The notes: generated by a model from the sequence alone, not told the origin. Counted from the stretch's first letter, positions 9,180 to 20,356 are shown. The stretch: DNA of 64,000 nt from Endomicrobiales bacterium (GCA_963796955.1 CAWCNJ010000011.1:40651-104650), one strand, 5' to 3'. A program made the numbers and translations.

Positions 9180-10358
9180 TTATTTGTTCACTGCAGACAT
9201 ATATAGTTTGATTATGAATTCAGCGTTGTATTTCCATAAGTGCCTGGAAAGAATGGTCGTTCTGGCGTTTGAACCTATCTTTTCGCGCAACGGCAGAGAG
9301 TTATAAAAGGATAAAATATGTTGTTTAAGCTGCACGGCATCGCCGGTTTCAAACAGCAGACCGTTTTCGTTGTTGGTAAGCACTTCAAGGATCGGGCCAA
9401 GACGCGGCGCTATAACCGGTTTCCCCATCGCCATGTACTCAAACATGACTACCGGTGATCCGAAGGGATTTGAGTGCGGTATTACAGCGATATCTAACGC
9501 GGCTATATAGTGCGGTACCTGGGAATGGGGTATTCTGCCGGCGAACAAGATCTTGTCATCATATCCTCGCTGGCGAACATTATCTTCCAGCTGCTTTCTA
9601 TTAAAACCATCGCCAATAAGCACCAGGGTAAGATCAGGGACATCGGCAGCGATTTCAGCGAAAACATCGATCAGGAAATCCAGTCTGTCCCATTCAGAAA
9701 AGGATCCCATAAAACCAAGCGTTGTTTTTCCCTGTAATTTAAGCAGCTCCCGTACCGTATCACCGCTGAGACCAGGGTCGAATTCCGCTATATTCACCGA
9801 GTTGGGCACAACATGTATCTTTGATACCCTGATATCCATGCTTTGCAGGCGCGTTTTCAGGAATGTGGAAACAGTTATGATAGCATCAGCCCTTTCAAAT
9901 ATATAATGCTCTATCCGTTTTGCCAGCTTCTCAAATATCAGACCTCTATTGCGCTTTATCCCGCTCACCTCATTAACTTCAAGTATCAGAGGCAACTTAT
10001 TCTTTTTTGCCGTCATTGCACCGGCCAGGCTGAAAAATGCGAACCGCTCATACATGAGATCTATTCTATTTTTTGCAATTACGGCCTTCATTGTCCTGTA
10101 GGCTACCAGATTGTACGCCAGTTCCATCAATTCAAAACCAAATTGCGGCATACGCTTGCTGAGCCAGCCAAGGACCATCGAAAGAAATGATTTTTTTGCA
10201 GCGGTATTTTGAGCGCCTGAGTTGGCGAAGGGATCAACGCCGGGAGGAGATACAACTATCACATTGTGTCCCAACGCCCTTAAAGCCTTAACAACTTCAC
10301 GTATATGAACGCCTTCAACTGTTTTTCCCTGGGTGCGATGATGGTATAAGATATTCAT
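9180..10358 (-). CDS. GT4 glycosyltransferase
   Basis: GT-B fold; SPVVMFEYMAMGKPVI. Confidence 0.9.
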   Translation of the reverse strand: MNILYHHRTQGKTVEGVHIREVVKALRALGHNVIVVSPPGVDPFANSGAQNTAAKKSFLSMVLGWLSKRMPQFGFELMELAYNLVAYRTMKAVIAKNRIDLMYERFAFFSLAGAMTAKKNKLPLILEVNEVSGIKRNRGLIFEKLAKRIEHYIFERADAIITVSTFLKTRLQSMDIRVSKIHVVPNSVNIAEFDPGLSGDTVRELLKLQGKTTLGFMGSFSEWDRLDFLIDVFAEIAADVPDLTLVLIGDGFNRKQLEDNVRQRGYDDKILFAGRIPHSQVPHYIAALDIAVIPHSNPFGSPVVMFEYMAMGKPVIAPRLGPILEVLTNNENGLLFETGDAVQLKQHILSFYNSLPLREKIGSNARTTILSRHLWKYNAEFIIKLYMSAVNK

Positions 10359-10361
10359 ACG

Positions 10362-13300
10362 TTAACGGATCACCATGAGCTTTTGTTTAGCGCTTATGCC
10401 GGGGCCTTTAATGTAAACAATATAGGTGCCGCTCGCCATATCTTTGGGCAGCCATTCGAAAATGCCTTCGCTTACCCCTTCCATGGTATCCTCATGGACT
10501 TGTTTGCCGCCGATAGTGAAAATACGCATTTCAAAGCGGCCTACTGAGTCGCCCTTAAAATAGATCTTAGCGACATCCCCTGAATCAGGGTTAACCGTCC
10601 CTCTTCCGGCGGCTGAACCGAGTATCTTTATAGAACCGACACCGGTCATATCCATAACTGCCGCAGCACGGAAATTTAGTATCGTCCTTTGCTGAGTTAT
10701 CAATACGGACACCGATCTCTGGGGTGAAAACTCGTACCCGGCTTTCGATAGTTGAAGAACACACCTTGCGTTCAGGCTTAATCCCGTGAGCTGAAAATTA
10801 CCATTCGCATCCGTAATCGTGTTTTTTGAAACATCTCCCGATAAAACTACCGCTACGCCGGGGACGCCAATTTCTTTTCCATCCAGCACTTGACCGGTGA
10901 TGGTATATTGCACCGCAGCAGGAGCCGGCAAGGCGCCTGTAAAGTTCCAATTTCCAATGATACCGTTCAAAGATGCCGTGCTATAGCTTACGGGCGCGAA
11001 GGTGTAACTGCCAAACGTCGCCGGTGTTACCGTATATGGATAATTCACGTAAAGATTGCTTGTAAATTGGTACGAGCCGTCGGTACCGGTTAACAGACTC
11101 ACATTATCGGGAGATAGCACAACTGAGACGCCTGATAGTCCGTTAGAAGAAGCATCCCGCACATAACCACCTATGGCAAGCACTATCGGTGTCGCGTTAA
11201 AATCCCACTCCACATCGTTGGTCAGGCTTGTTGTGCTGTATTGGACAGGAGCGAACCAAAATCCGGTGTCGGCTGGTGCAACGCTAAATGACGCATTTTT
11301 CGGCAGGTTTAAAAAACTGTAGTAACCACTGCTATCCGTGCTGACCGAGCCACCGCTGCCGCCGGTAATATTAACAGTGATATTACTGACTCCTGCAGCG
11401 CCGTTCCTGACATAGCCGGTAATATTTCTTGTCTGACGCGTTCCCATAAAATTAGGATTAATAAGGTCGCTTGTCAGAGAATTAGTGGATATGGAAACAG
11501 GGGCGAACGTATATCCGCTCAGGGTTGGTGTAACAGTGTATGCGCTGTTCTGCGAAAGACCGCTGAACTGATATGAGCCGCCCGAATCCGTGGTATCCGA
11601 GCCCTGGGCGCCGCCGGTAAGTGTCACTAGAACATCAAGTAGTGCAACTGCGGTTACGCTGTCCCTTGCATAACCGCTGATTGAAGCCGTTGCAATACTT
11701 ACCGTGCCGGCAAAATTCCAGTTGCTTATGGTGCTTAACAATGCCGGCGAAGTACTTAGTTTTACCGGCGAGAACGCAAAACCCGCGCTGGAAGGCGTCA
11801 CCGTGTAATTAGCCGTTGAAGAAAGAGCGTTAAAGCTGTAATTGCCGCTGCCGTCAGTTACGGTACTTTTAGATGCTCCGCCGGCAAGCGTCATTTTTAC
11901 ACCGGGAAATGGGCTGGCGTCAGAAGCATGCGTAACAGCGCCGCTAATGGCCGCCGTAAGTACTGTGCCGGTGAAATTCCAATTTGAAAGAGCGCCCAGG
12001 AACGTTGCCGTGCTGAAACTGACCGGACTGAAAGAGTAACCGGGCATTTGTACGGTTACAGTATAATTGCTCCCTTCCGGCAAATTGCTGAACGAATATG
12101 AACCGCCGTTAGAAGTAGTCGATCGCGACGCACCGCCTGAAAGCTGTACTGTTGCGCCGTTAAGCTGTGCGCCGCCTCCCGTTTTTACCGTACCGCTTAT
12201 ATTTGCCGTCTTTACGGTACCTGCAAAATTTTGACCTGTCCAGTTTCCCGTTAAAGAAGCAGTGGTAACAGAAACCGGCGCGAACGTATAGCCCGCGCTT
12301 GAGGGTGTGACAGTATACGCAAGGGATTTCGCAAGGCTGGTAAATTGATAATTTCCTGAAGCATCGCTGATAGTAACAGCAGAAGCGCCTCCGGTAAGCT
12401 TCACGGACACTCCGCCAAGGGCCGAACCGCCGGAGGCTACCGAGCCGCTGATAGAATAGGTTGAATTTGCCGTTACTGTTACCGATACAATGGCTGAACC
12501 TGAGTCCCCATTGCTGTCAGTTGCGAGCAGAGTAGCCGTATAGCTTCCAGCCGAACTGTACACATGCGAGGGGCTCTGGCTCGCACTTGTTCCACCATCC
12601 CCAAAAGTCCAGGAATAGCCGGTTATAGTCCCGTTCGTCGTAGCAGCGCTCCCAGTAAAGTTTACGCTCAGAGGCGCATTTCCGTTCGTAGGCGTGCCGT
12701 TTGCTGAAGCAGTAACAACTGAGACAGGATTATAAACACTGGAAGGTATCTGGTTGCCAAGGTACTCCCAGATATATTTTGTTAAGGTTTGTGCAGAGCC
12801 GTCAATTGAAGTTCCCGAGCAAAAACCTCTTGCACCGTTAATTGCCGGTTTACCCCAGTTCTGATATGAGTATGCGCTCATATATGACTGAATAATATTC
12901 TCATATGGAAACGGCCACAAAGGATTGCTCGAAACAGTATTCCAGCCAGGATCCCCAAATAGAGAACCATCGATACCCACTTTATACAATATGTTTGGAC
13001 CGATGTCTCCAGTATTATCTCCTTTGCCAGATAAATTAGACGCTAACTCTTCCCTCGGTATATATTTAATTCCACCTGTACTGTTAGACGGGCTATATAT
13101 CGGGTTGAATGCATTCCCGTTGACGCTTACATAATCATTAGAACCAGCAGAAAATTGATTATATGTTGTTCCAAAAATATTATAAAGAACGTTATAATCA
13201 GATTGAACATTCCTGAAACCATTAGCACAGTTTTCGACAACACAATTTGACGCAAATGTTATCTTATAACCCCAGTTAGCGCCTTTTGAGCAATCTATTG

Positions 13301-14414
13301 CATAACCACTGCTGCAATTCTTAAACAAACAATTCCTCATTATAATTGTTTGTAAATATGTAGGGGTACCACCGGTATACCCCTGATTATCAAAACCACC
13401 TGCTGTTCCAATTGATGCGCAGTCAATTAATGAATTGTTATAAGTCCCACCATCCTCATGGGCATCCATTTGGGTTCCCTGCATACCCACATTGAAAGCC
13501 GGCATATTAACTTCAATACAGCCTCTATACGTTGACGTTGAACAACTATAACTATCAGAAGTGTTAGATCCGAACCACCATCCATATCCTGTTCCTAAAG
13601 TTGATGGTGATCCATTAAATATATATTGCGTCTGATCTCCATCAACCGCAATACAATTTTGATATTCACTATAATTTGTGCCATATAATCTAAAGGGGCT
13701 AGTTAACTGACTACCGGTATTTGATATGGATCTATCGGGTCTGCACACCAACCTTCGACCAATGCAATAATCCGAATCCAAGAATAAAAAGAAGTAATTT
13801 GCACTTCCACAAGCGAAACAATCCTGTAACAACACATAGGACATTCCCGTTATACAAAATGCATATGAACGTCCAACATTCATATCTGCTGGTAAAAAGT
13901 TAGCCGAATCTATTGAGCCACACCTTGTAACTTTAACATGGCCGTATTCCATAGGTGTTGGTCTCCATCCCTGAAACCCTATTCCCATGCAGGAACCACA
14001 AGCATTTACTACCGCATCCGGAGAAGAATGTTCAACCACAAAGCCATCAATAGCCAGATAATTTGAGTTGTGAAAATCCATCGGATCATACATGTATTGC
14101 CCATCAATAACTACCATAAATGGATTAGATGACTTGATAGTTGTATAGTTGCCACCAGTACCGTTCGGAGGGCAGTTTCCATTATGATAGCTGATCATAT
14201 TGTTTACCCCGGTATAAGTACCATCAGCTACTATCAGCGTATCATTCGGCGAAAGTTTCTTACATGATAACCCTATTGAACGCCATGGGGTCCCTAAACT
14301 CCCGCTTCCAGAATCTGAACCGGTCGGTGAAACATAATAGGTAGATGAAAACCCAATTCCTATATTTAAAACGATTATAAGAAAAGAACTGGAAAAAAGC
14401 TTTGATAACCTCAT
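10362..14414 (-). CDS. Large secreted protein: beta-helix domain + PKD + 7 carboxypeptidase-regulatory-like repeats + T9SS-like C-terminal domain
   Basis: Signal peptide; YYVSPTGSDS..GS...PW; PKD (WTFGDG..PSHVY..AGSYT); seven ~85-aa ISG.V..TD.SG.Y.F..L..YTVTP..GYTFAP repeats; ends SGTYIVYIKGPGISAKQKLMVIR. Confidence 0.85.
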   Translation of the reverse strand: MRLSKLFSSSFLIIVLNIGIGFSSTYYVSPTGSDSGSGSLGTPWRSIGLSCKKLSPNDTLIVADGTYTGVNNMISYHNGNCPPNGTGGNYTTIKSSNPFMVVIDGQYMYDPMDFHNSNYLAIDGFVVEHSSPDAVVNACGSCMGIGFQGWRPTPMEYGHVKVTRCGSIDSANFLPADMNVGRSYAFCITGMSYVLLQDCFACGSANYFFLFLDSDYCIGRRLVCRPDRSISNTGSQLTSPFRLYGTNYSEYQNCIAVDGDQTQYIFNGSPSTLGTGYGWWFGSNTSDSYSCSTSTYRGCIEVNMPAFNVGMQGTQMDAHEDGGTYNNSLIDCASIGTAGGFDNQGYTGGTPTYLQTIIMRNCLFKNCSSGYAIDCSKGANWGYKITFASNCVVENCANGFRNVQSDYNVLYNIFGTTYNQFSAGSNDYVSVNGNAFNPIYSPSNSTGGIKYIPREELASNLSGKGDNTGDIGPNILYKVGIDGSLFGDPGWNTVSSNPLWPFPYENIIQSYMSAYSYQNWGKPAINGARGFCSGTSIDGSAQTLTKYIWEYLGNQIPSSVYNPVSVVTASANGTPTNGNAPLSVNFTGSAATTNGTITGYSWTFGDGGTSASQSPSHVYSSAGSYTATLLATDSNGDSGSAIVSVTVTANSTYSISGSVASGGSALGGVSVKLTGGASAVTISDASGNYQFTSLAKSLAYTVTPSSAGYTFAPVSVTTASLTGNWTGQNFAGTVKTANISGTVKTGGGAQLNGATVQLSGGASRSTTSNGGSYSFSNLPEGSNYTVTVQMPGYSFSPVSFSTATFLGALSNWNFTGTVLTAAISGAVTHASDASPFPGVKMTLAGGASKSTVTDGSGNYSFNALSSTANYTVTPSSAGFAFSPVKLSTSPALLSTISNWNFAGTVSIATASISGYARDSVTAVALLDVLVTLTGGAQGSDTTDSGGSYQFSGLSQNSAYTVTPTLSGYTFAPVSISTNSLTSDLINPNFMGTRQTRNITGYVRNGAAGVSNITVNITGGSGGSVSTDSSGYYSFLNLPKNASFSVAPADTGFWFAPVQYSTTSLTNDVEWDFNATPIVLAIGGYVRDASSNGLSGVSVVLSPDNVSLLTGTDGSYQFTSNLYVNYPYTVTPATFGSYTFAPVSYSTASLNGIIGNWNFTGALPAPAAVQYTITGQVLDGKEIGVPGVAVVLSGDVSKNTITDANGNFQLTGLSLNARCVLQLSKAGYEFSPQRSVSVLITQQRTILNFRAAAVMDMTGVGSIKILGSAAGRGTVNPDSGDVAKIYFKGDSVGRFEMRIFTIGGKQVHEDTMEGVSEGIFEWLPKDMASGTYIVYIKGPGISAKQKLMVIR

Positions 14415-15436
14415 TTCTGCCCTCTGACAAAGCGATGTTTTTTAATAAAACTAAGAACGTTTTTTGATGAATGTTTTGTAAAATTGTTATACATAAAATA
14501 ATCGAATGAAAGGTTATTAAACAAAGGCATCCTATTATACAGCAATTTCAACAAGTACATAGGCGGGGCATCAACAAGTAGTACTGGATTTTTTTGCATC
14601 AGCCACAACACTTCGGAAAAACCTGATGGCATCATTATTAGGAGATCGCACTTTGACATGATTTCTGCTTCAGCGGCAAAACCTAAACCTTTCAGATATG
14701 TACATTTATCATTGGGTATGTCTAACCTAGCCTCAGTATATTTGTCACGGTAACTTCCTGCTTCGAAACCATTTTTTTCAAGTGTTTTGAGCGTATCCCC
14801 ATCATGCCGTTCTCGATTCATGCCGGCAATTATTATGTGGGCATTATACTCTTGGATCAGCCTATTAAATAAATCACTTTTGCTTTTTAAGATCGCTTGT
14901 GCTGAACTCTGGAAATATGGCCTAATGGCATCCTGGCTACTATTTCTGTACCTCCAGAGGTATCCTATGGTTATATTCTTTTTAAACAAATCGTCACTGA
15001 TATTATTAAGCATCATACACTCTGGGTAAAACTCTTTACCAAGGTCACTGAGCTCTAAAGCATAATTTTTCTCTCTAAAATCGTATTCCCTAATGGACTG
15101 CCATGGCTTAATATTGGTCTTAAAATTGAACTTTATCTTAATACTTTCTGGAAAATCGTGTATAAACCTGAGCTCATTATCTTTAATTTGAAACTGGAAA
15201 AATTCATCCACGCTTCTTGAAAGTATTTCATCGATTCCACAAACTTCATCAAGCATATTTAGATTATAGTGACTCATTATCAGCTTCTGCCGGTTATCTT
15301 TAAAGAATCCAATCCACTTTGTATCACCTCGCGTATTTCTTATCTGTTTTATTGCAGACAACTGTTCATAACAGTCCCCAAGAGCCCCATGTAATATTGT
15401 ACCTATCGTTCTAGTCATGTGTAGTTTCTCCTTCAA
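14411..15436 (-). CDS. Hypothetical protein, possibly divergent GT-B (GT9-like) transferase
   Basis: Long ORF in the operon; N-terminal HGALGD and CDLLIMMPSG resemble GT9 motifs. Confidence 0.5.
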   Translation of the reverse strand: MKEKLHMTRTIGTILHGALGDCYEQLSAIKQIRNTRGDTKWIGFFKDNRQKLIMSHYNLNMLDEVCGIDEILSRSVDEFFQFQIKDNELRFIHDFPESIKIKFNFKTNIKPWQSIREYDFREKNYALELSDLGKEFYPECMMLNNISDDLFKKNITIGYLWRYRNSSQDAIRPYFQSSAQAILKSKSDLFNRLIQEYNAHIIIAGMNRERHDGDTLKTLEKNGFEAGSYRDKYTEARLDIPNDKCTYLKGLGFAAEAEIMSKCDLLIMMPSGFSEVLWLMQKNPVLLVDAPPMYLLKLLYNRMPLFNNLSFDYFMYNNFTKHSSKNVLSFIKKHRFVRGQK

Positions 15437-15444
15437 TATTACAA

Positions 15445-16077
15445 TTAGCCGTCTAATCCTGTGAACATTAGCCCTTTATCTCTCAAAGTGTCTATGATTA
15501 CACCTAGCGCATCAACTACGTATTGATTATCATCATGAAACAGTATAATATCGCCTGGATTTACATTATCAATGACTCTATTTATTATATTTTGCGAACC
15601 AGTTTTCTCAAAATCTCCGCTTGAAAGGGTCCACAGAACTGTACAAATGCCATTCATCACACAAATTGCAAATTCAAGAAATGATATTTGGCCATAAACA
15701 GGCCTGTAAATATCTGTCTTTATATTAAATTTCTTAAATATTTGCATTGAACGATACACTTCATTCATTTGTTCCCGATTGCTATATGTATTCTTCCTAT
15801 TATGCGAATATGAATGCATTCCCACTGAATGCCCTTCATCGATTATTTGTTTTACAAGCCCTGGATTCGCTTCCATAGTTTGCCCGATCAAAAAAAATAC
15901 AGCCTTTGCATTTTTTCTTCTCAAAACATCTAGTATGGGCAAAGTAAATACAGGGTCTGGCCCATCATCAAATGTTAAAACCACTGCGTTATTTTTGCGT
16001 TTTACTGAAAAAAGGATAATGCTTCTTGTAAGAACCGCTTGCAGGACGTTTTTAATCAATCTTTTCATCTTACTCAT
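15445..16077 (-). CDS. NodB-type polysaccharide deacetylase
   Basis: TFDDGP, HSYSH, RPVYG, LFHD. Start placed at the ATGA overlap with the upstream gene. Confidence 0.88.
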   Translation of the reverse strand: MSKMKRLIKNVLQAVLTRSIILFSVKRKNNAVVLTFDDGPDPVFTLPILDVLRRKNAKAVFFLIGQTMEANPGLVKQIIDEGHSVGMHSYSHNRKNTYSNREQMNEVYRSMQIFKKFNIKTDIYRPVYGQISFLEFAICVMNGICTVLWTLSSGDFEKTGSQNIINRVIDNVNPGDIILFHDDNQYVVDALGVIIDTLRDKGLMFTGLDG

Positions 16078-17225
16078 AGCACAGTTCGGTTTGTATATTG
16101 TGATAATATTCCATAAAGTCGATCCGCATTTTCTTTCCAAGACAGTATCTCAGGCAGAATCGAAATTTCATTACTGTTCCACTTTTTGCTAATACAATAT
16201 CGCAATCCATTTGACAATGCCTCGATGTCACCAGGCATTACTAAAAGACCTGAATTTTCACTTTTTAAAAGCTCAGGGATACCTCCTACTTTCGTCGCTA
16301 ATACTGGTATACCGCATGAAAGAGCCTCGATCACAACATTCGGGCACCCTTCAAACAAGCTCGGAAGACAAAAAAGATCTGAAGCATTCATCCAGTCTGA
16401 TATTTGATCTTGTTTGATCCTACCTTTAAAAAATACTTTATCATTAACTGCTAATTGATCGGTTAACTCTTCCAATTCCTGCCTCAACTCACCATCGCCT
16501 ATCAAATACAATTGAAGATCTTCTTGTGCTCCGACCACTTCTTTGAATGCCTTAATTAGAAATGGAAGGCCTTTTGAGTAAGTGAGATTTCCTACAAACA
16601 ATAGTATTTTACCCGTACCCAAACCCAATTTGTTACGGCATCCATTTTTATCCTTAACTCTAAAAACAGTTTTATCAACTCCATTCAACAAAACAGTGAC
16701 ATTACTCTCAGAAACTCCGCATTCAACCATTCTATGCTTCAGTGCCGCGCTTACCGAAATCACATGATCCGCTTTAGAGAGGCAAAAAAAGATAAGTTTT
16801 CTACGTAGCAACCTTTTAGCGTACACATTAATGTCAGATCCTAACGCGCCAATTACTATAGGTTTCTTTAAGAATCTAGCTATCAGCCAGCTACCAAAAC
16901 CATCTGGGTAAACCCATGGTGCATATATAATGTCAAATTCAAAGTCCTTATATATTTTTGCAACAAACATCACAAGTGATAAGAAAAAGAAAAACCCATA
17001 TAATGATCTACCGATCTTAGGGAACATAAAATATCTCGGGTGATACACCTCTATGCCATCGATTAGTTCTTTTCTAGGCAAGCCTTTCAGCCTGTACCAA
17101 GGCAGGGGCGAAATAACTCTTACATCGCTAATCCTTGATAGTTCGAAACACTGGTTCCTATTGTATACACCCCTTGTAGGCTCTAGGGAGTTCGGATAAA
17201 GGTTAGTAATAACAAGTATTCTCAT
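16074..17225 (-). CDS. GT4 glycosyltransferase (TuaC-like)
   Basis: TNLYPN, WVYPDG, GSDIN, EGCPNVVIEA. Confidence 0.9.
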   Translation of the reverse strand: MRILVITNLYPNSLEPTRGVYNRNQCFELSRISDVRVISPLPWYRLKGLPRKELIDGIEVYHPRYFMFPKIGRSLYGFFFFLSLVMFVAKIYKDFEFDIIYAPWVYPDGFGSWLIARFLKKPIVIGALGSDINVYAKRLLRRKLIFFCLSKADHVISVSAALKHRMVECGVSESNVTVLLNGVDKTVFRVKDKNGCRNKLGLGTGKILLFVGNLTYSKGLPFLIKAFKEVVGAQEDLQLYLIGDGELRQELEELTDQLAVNDKVFFKGRIKQDQISDWMNASDLFCLPSLFEGCPNVVIEALSCGIPVLATKVGGIPELLKSENSGLLVMPGDIEALSNGLRYCISKKWNSNEISILPEILSWKENADRLYGILSQYTNRTVL

Positions 17226-17791
17226 AACTTAATGAAGTCAGCACTCCCCTGGTAATTTATAACTTTAGCAGGTATTCCGGCTACGACTGCGTTATCTGGG
17301 ACATCCTTAGTAACTACTGAATTCGCCCCTATTGCTACATTATTTCCAATTGTAATTTTGCCAATTACTACAGCCGAAACTCCAATGAAAACGTTATTTC
17401 CTATAACTGGGCAGCCTTTTCTTTCTCCTCTTCCACCCTGTCCTATTATCACCCCAACACTAACATTACAATTAGAGCCTATTACGGTTTTGCCATTTAT
17501 TACCAGCATGCCTGCATGTCCGATATAAAAACCTTCACCGATAGAAACTTCAAATGGTATGTAAATACCGGTAATCAATGAAAAAATCAAATGTGTTAAT
17601 CTTGTTATTAATTTAAGCATTTGCGCAAGCACTGGCACTTTAAAATTATTTCTAATCCATTTACCAAATCTGTAACTCATTACAATCCACAATGAGGGGT
17701 TGAAAATAACCAAGTCACAAAGCCCGCTTATACCAGTTGCTTGCTCTATGAGCATATATCTTTTTATGTCCTGTTTTACATATTTAAACAT
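17222..17791 (-). CDS. CysE-like left-handed beta-helix acetyltransferase
   Basis: IGEGFYIGH, hexapeptide repeats, GANSVVTKDVP..GIPAK. Confidence 0.88.
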   Translation of the reverse strand: MFKYVKQDIKRYMLIEQATGISGLCDLVIFNPSLWIVMSYRFGKWIRNNFKVPVLAQMLKLITRLTHLIFSLITGIYIPFEVSIGEGFYIGHAGMLVINGKTVIGSNCNVSVGVIIGQGGRGERKGCPVIGNNVFIGVSAVVIGKITIGNNVAIGANSVVTKDVPDNAVVAGIPAKVINYQGSADFIKL

Positions 17792-18911
17792 GTTTTGATT
17801 TTCCCTTATATATATTACTTATCATGTTCTCATAATTTTTAACCATTATATCCAAGCTCCGGTGCTGTAAAACATAGAGTCTTCCGTTTTCACCTAACAT
17901 TTTAGCTTTATCCTTGTTGCTGAGCAATTCGTTAATTTTTTCAGCGAATGTCTCAGGATCTCCGGCCTTGGCAAAGATCCCATTTACATTTTCTGTAACT
18001 AGCTCTGTATTACCCTCAATTCTTGAAACTACTACAGGCTTAGCAGTTGACATAGCTTCTAATATTGTGTTAGAAATTCCTTCCAATGTAGAGGGAAGTG
18101 CAAAAACATCAATAGCGTTTATCACTCTATCAACATCCACCCTTGGTCCCGCGAAGATGGCTATATCTTCCAAGTGAAGCCTGAGCACTAAATCCTTTAA
18201 GTTTTGCTCTTCTGGCCCAGAACCAACAATCAGCAACTTAATATTTTTTATTCTGTTCTTTAATATCCCTACAGCTTTTACTAATGTTGCTACATCTTTA
18301 GACAGTGTCAAACGACACAGACATCCTATCACTTGCCCGTTAACAGGAAACCCAAACTCTTTTCGTATATCTGCTCTTGAAACCAAATCTGGTTTGAATT
18401 TAACTGTGTCGACACCATTTAAAATAGGCTGAATTTTTTTTGGATCTACGCCAAGTCTTTTAACCAATTCTGTTTTTAAATCACTTGAGACTGGCACTGT
18501 CAAATCAATCATTTTGTACAACGTTCTCTGAGCCAACGTCCTTTTTTTTGTTTCTGTATAAATAACACCATGTTCTCCATTGATTATAACGGGCACTCCA
18601 GCAAGTTTACCACCGATAGTCCCTGAGAACAAACCACAAGCCCATCCATGAGTATAGACAACATCTATTTTGTTGTCCCTACATAACCTAGCAATCTTGA
18701 ATGAAGTAGACAGGTTAAACCCAGGTTTTTCATTTATATTTATTACCTTTACATTGTCCTTGATTCTTGAACGAAATGGTCCATCACCCCTTAAGCAGCA
18801 AATATAAAAATCAAATGATTCAGGGTTCATATTATTAACAAGATTAACAACCCCATTTTCTAGGCCGCCAATACCCATTGTCTGCAACACCTGCATTACA
18901 CGTATCTTCAT
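17784..18911 (-). CDS. GT4 glycosyltransferase
   Basis: GGLENGVVNLVN, EHG, EGISNTILEAM; resembles sugar transferases of PEP-CTERM EPS loci. Confidence 0.9.
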   Translation of the reverse strand: MKIRVMQVLQTMGIGGLENGVVNLVNNMNPESFDFYICCLRGDGPFRSRIKDNVKVININEKPGFNLSTSFKIARLCRDNKIDVVYTHGWACGLFSGTIGGKLAGVPVIINGEHGVIYTETKKRTLAQRTLYKMIDLTVPVSSDLKTELVKRLGVDPKKIQPILNGVDTVKFKPDLVSRADIRKEFGFPVNGQVIGCLCRLTLSKDVATLVKAVGILKNRIKNIKLLIVGSGPEEQNLKDLVLRLHLEDIAIFAGPRVDVDRVINAIDVFALPSTLEGISNTILEAMSTAKPVVVSRIEGNTELVTENVNGIFAKAGDPETFAEKINELLSNKDKAKMLGENGRLYVLQHRSLDIMVKNYENMISNIYKGKSKHV

Positions 18912-20356
18912 ACTCGATTCTCCGTATTTCTTTTCGATACCATTGACCACAATTTTAATATCTCTTGATTTGACACAAGTCCTAGCATATAAACCATTAC
19001 AGCATATACTATTACACCTGTTAGTATAGGAATAACTAAAAATTTACTTTTCGTGAAATACACAGCCATTGCCATCGTAACATTTGCGGCAACACATTTG
19101 AAAACACCAATTTTTATAGAAGATGTTATGTTAAGCTTTTTCTTTAAATGGTGTGAAAGTAATACGTATGTTAAAAAGCCTGAGATTACATAAGCGACTG
19201 CAATCCCTACTTCTTTAAAATGCGAGATCAACAACACACCTACTAGTATGTATGAAGCAATCGAAATGTATGTCACAATTGCCGACTTCTTTTCTTCATG
19301 GATTGCAGAAAGAGCAGAGGAAAGCAACATATTAAGGAACATAAAAAAAAGCCACCAAATCAAAATCTGCAATACATGCACAGATGCCAAGTACATTTGC
19401 CCGAATATCAACAAAATTATTGGTTTTGCTAGTAATGTTGTACCAATACAAATTGGCAACGCTAATAAAAACAAATATGTATAAAAGTTTTTATAAAGAA
19501 TAACAGCATCATCCCGTGATTGTTGAAATGCCACAGCCATTGCAGGAAATATCGCAGTAGTAATTCCATCAGGAATTACAACAAGTTTTTCGACTAATGT
19601 ATTGGCAGCTCCAAAAATACCTGCAGATTTATCGCCAGCCATTGCAGATATCATCACAATACCAATCTTTGCGCCAATCATTGAAACAATGGATGGTACT
19701 ACAAAATGTTTACCTTTGCGTAAATAACTTTTCCACAAATCTTTATCTTGAAGAAGCTTCAATTTTCCGAATTCTTTTTTATAATAGAACATTATCATCA
19801 GCAACCATACCAATTGACCAAAGCATGATACCAAAACAAGCATCCTTAACCCATAACCATAGAACAAAACTACCACCGACAGCACAGTGATCATTATTCC
19901 TGAAATAAATTGAGCCATTGCAACGTAATGCATTTTTTCAAAACCCTGAAGTGCGCTGGTCAAAGTTGATGTCATTCCAGACAAGAATAGTGTAGTCCCA
20001 ACAATGTAAACAATTATTTTTGTACTAGGTGAATAATGAAGTAAGTTGATTACAATGATCAATGTGATAAAAGCTACGGAAGCAAGCAATATCTTTAAGG
20101 TGAATATTTTTCCTACAATATTAACAACGTCAGACTTGTTCTGAGCGATAGCTCTTGTCATTACTGAACCCAACCCCATGTTTACCATCGGAACAAACAT
20201 TGCAGTAAATGAAAACACAAACATGAATATCCCATAATTGTTCTGTCCAAGTTTTCTGGCTATATATCCAATTACAGTAATTGAAATAACATTCAAAAGG
20301 AGTTGTTGCGAAATAAGCCATATCGAGTTTGAAATAACCTTTTTAGTACTACTCAT
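18908..20356 (-). CDS. wzx: Wzx-type polysaccharide flippase
   Basis: 482 aa with many TM segments; ARKLG...YG, MATE-like pattern. Confidence 0.88.
   Translation of the reverse strand: MSSTKKVISNSIWLISQQLLLNVISITVIGYIARKLGQNNYGIFMFVFSFTAMFVPMVNMGLGSVMTRAIAQNKSDVVNIVGKIFTLKILLASVAFITLIIVINLLHYSPSTKIIVYIVGTTLFLSGMTSTLTSALQGFEKMHYVAMAQFISGIMITVLSVVVLFYGYGLRMLVLVSCFGQLVWLLMIMFYYKKEFGKLKLLQDKDLWKSYLRKGKHFVVPSIVSMIGAKIGIVMISAMAGDKSAGIFGAANTLVEKLVVIPDGITTAIFPAMAVAFQQSRDDAVILYKNFYTYLFLLALPICIGTTLLAKPIILLIFGQMYLASVHVLQILIWWLFFMFLNMLLSSALSAIHEEKKSAIVTYISIASYILVGVLLISHFKEVGIAVAYVISGFLTYVLLSHHLKKKLNITSSIKIGVFKCVAANVTMAMAVYFTKSKFLVIPILTGVIVYAVMVYMLGLVSNQEILKLWSMVSKRNTENRV

Noticed and set aside
10700..12500. 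Repetitive DNA as CRISPR array or mobile repeats
   Set aside because: These are degenerate in-frame protein domain repeats with no identical repeat-spacer structure and no cas genes. The same applies to the FN3 repeats at 42070-43200.
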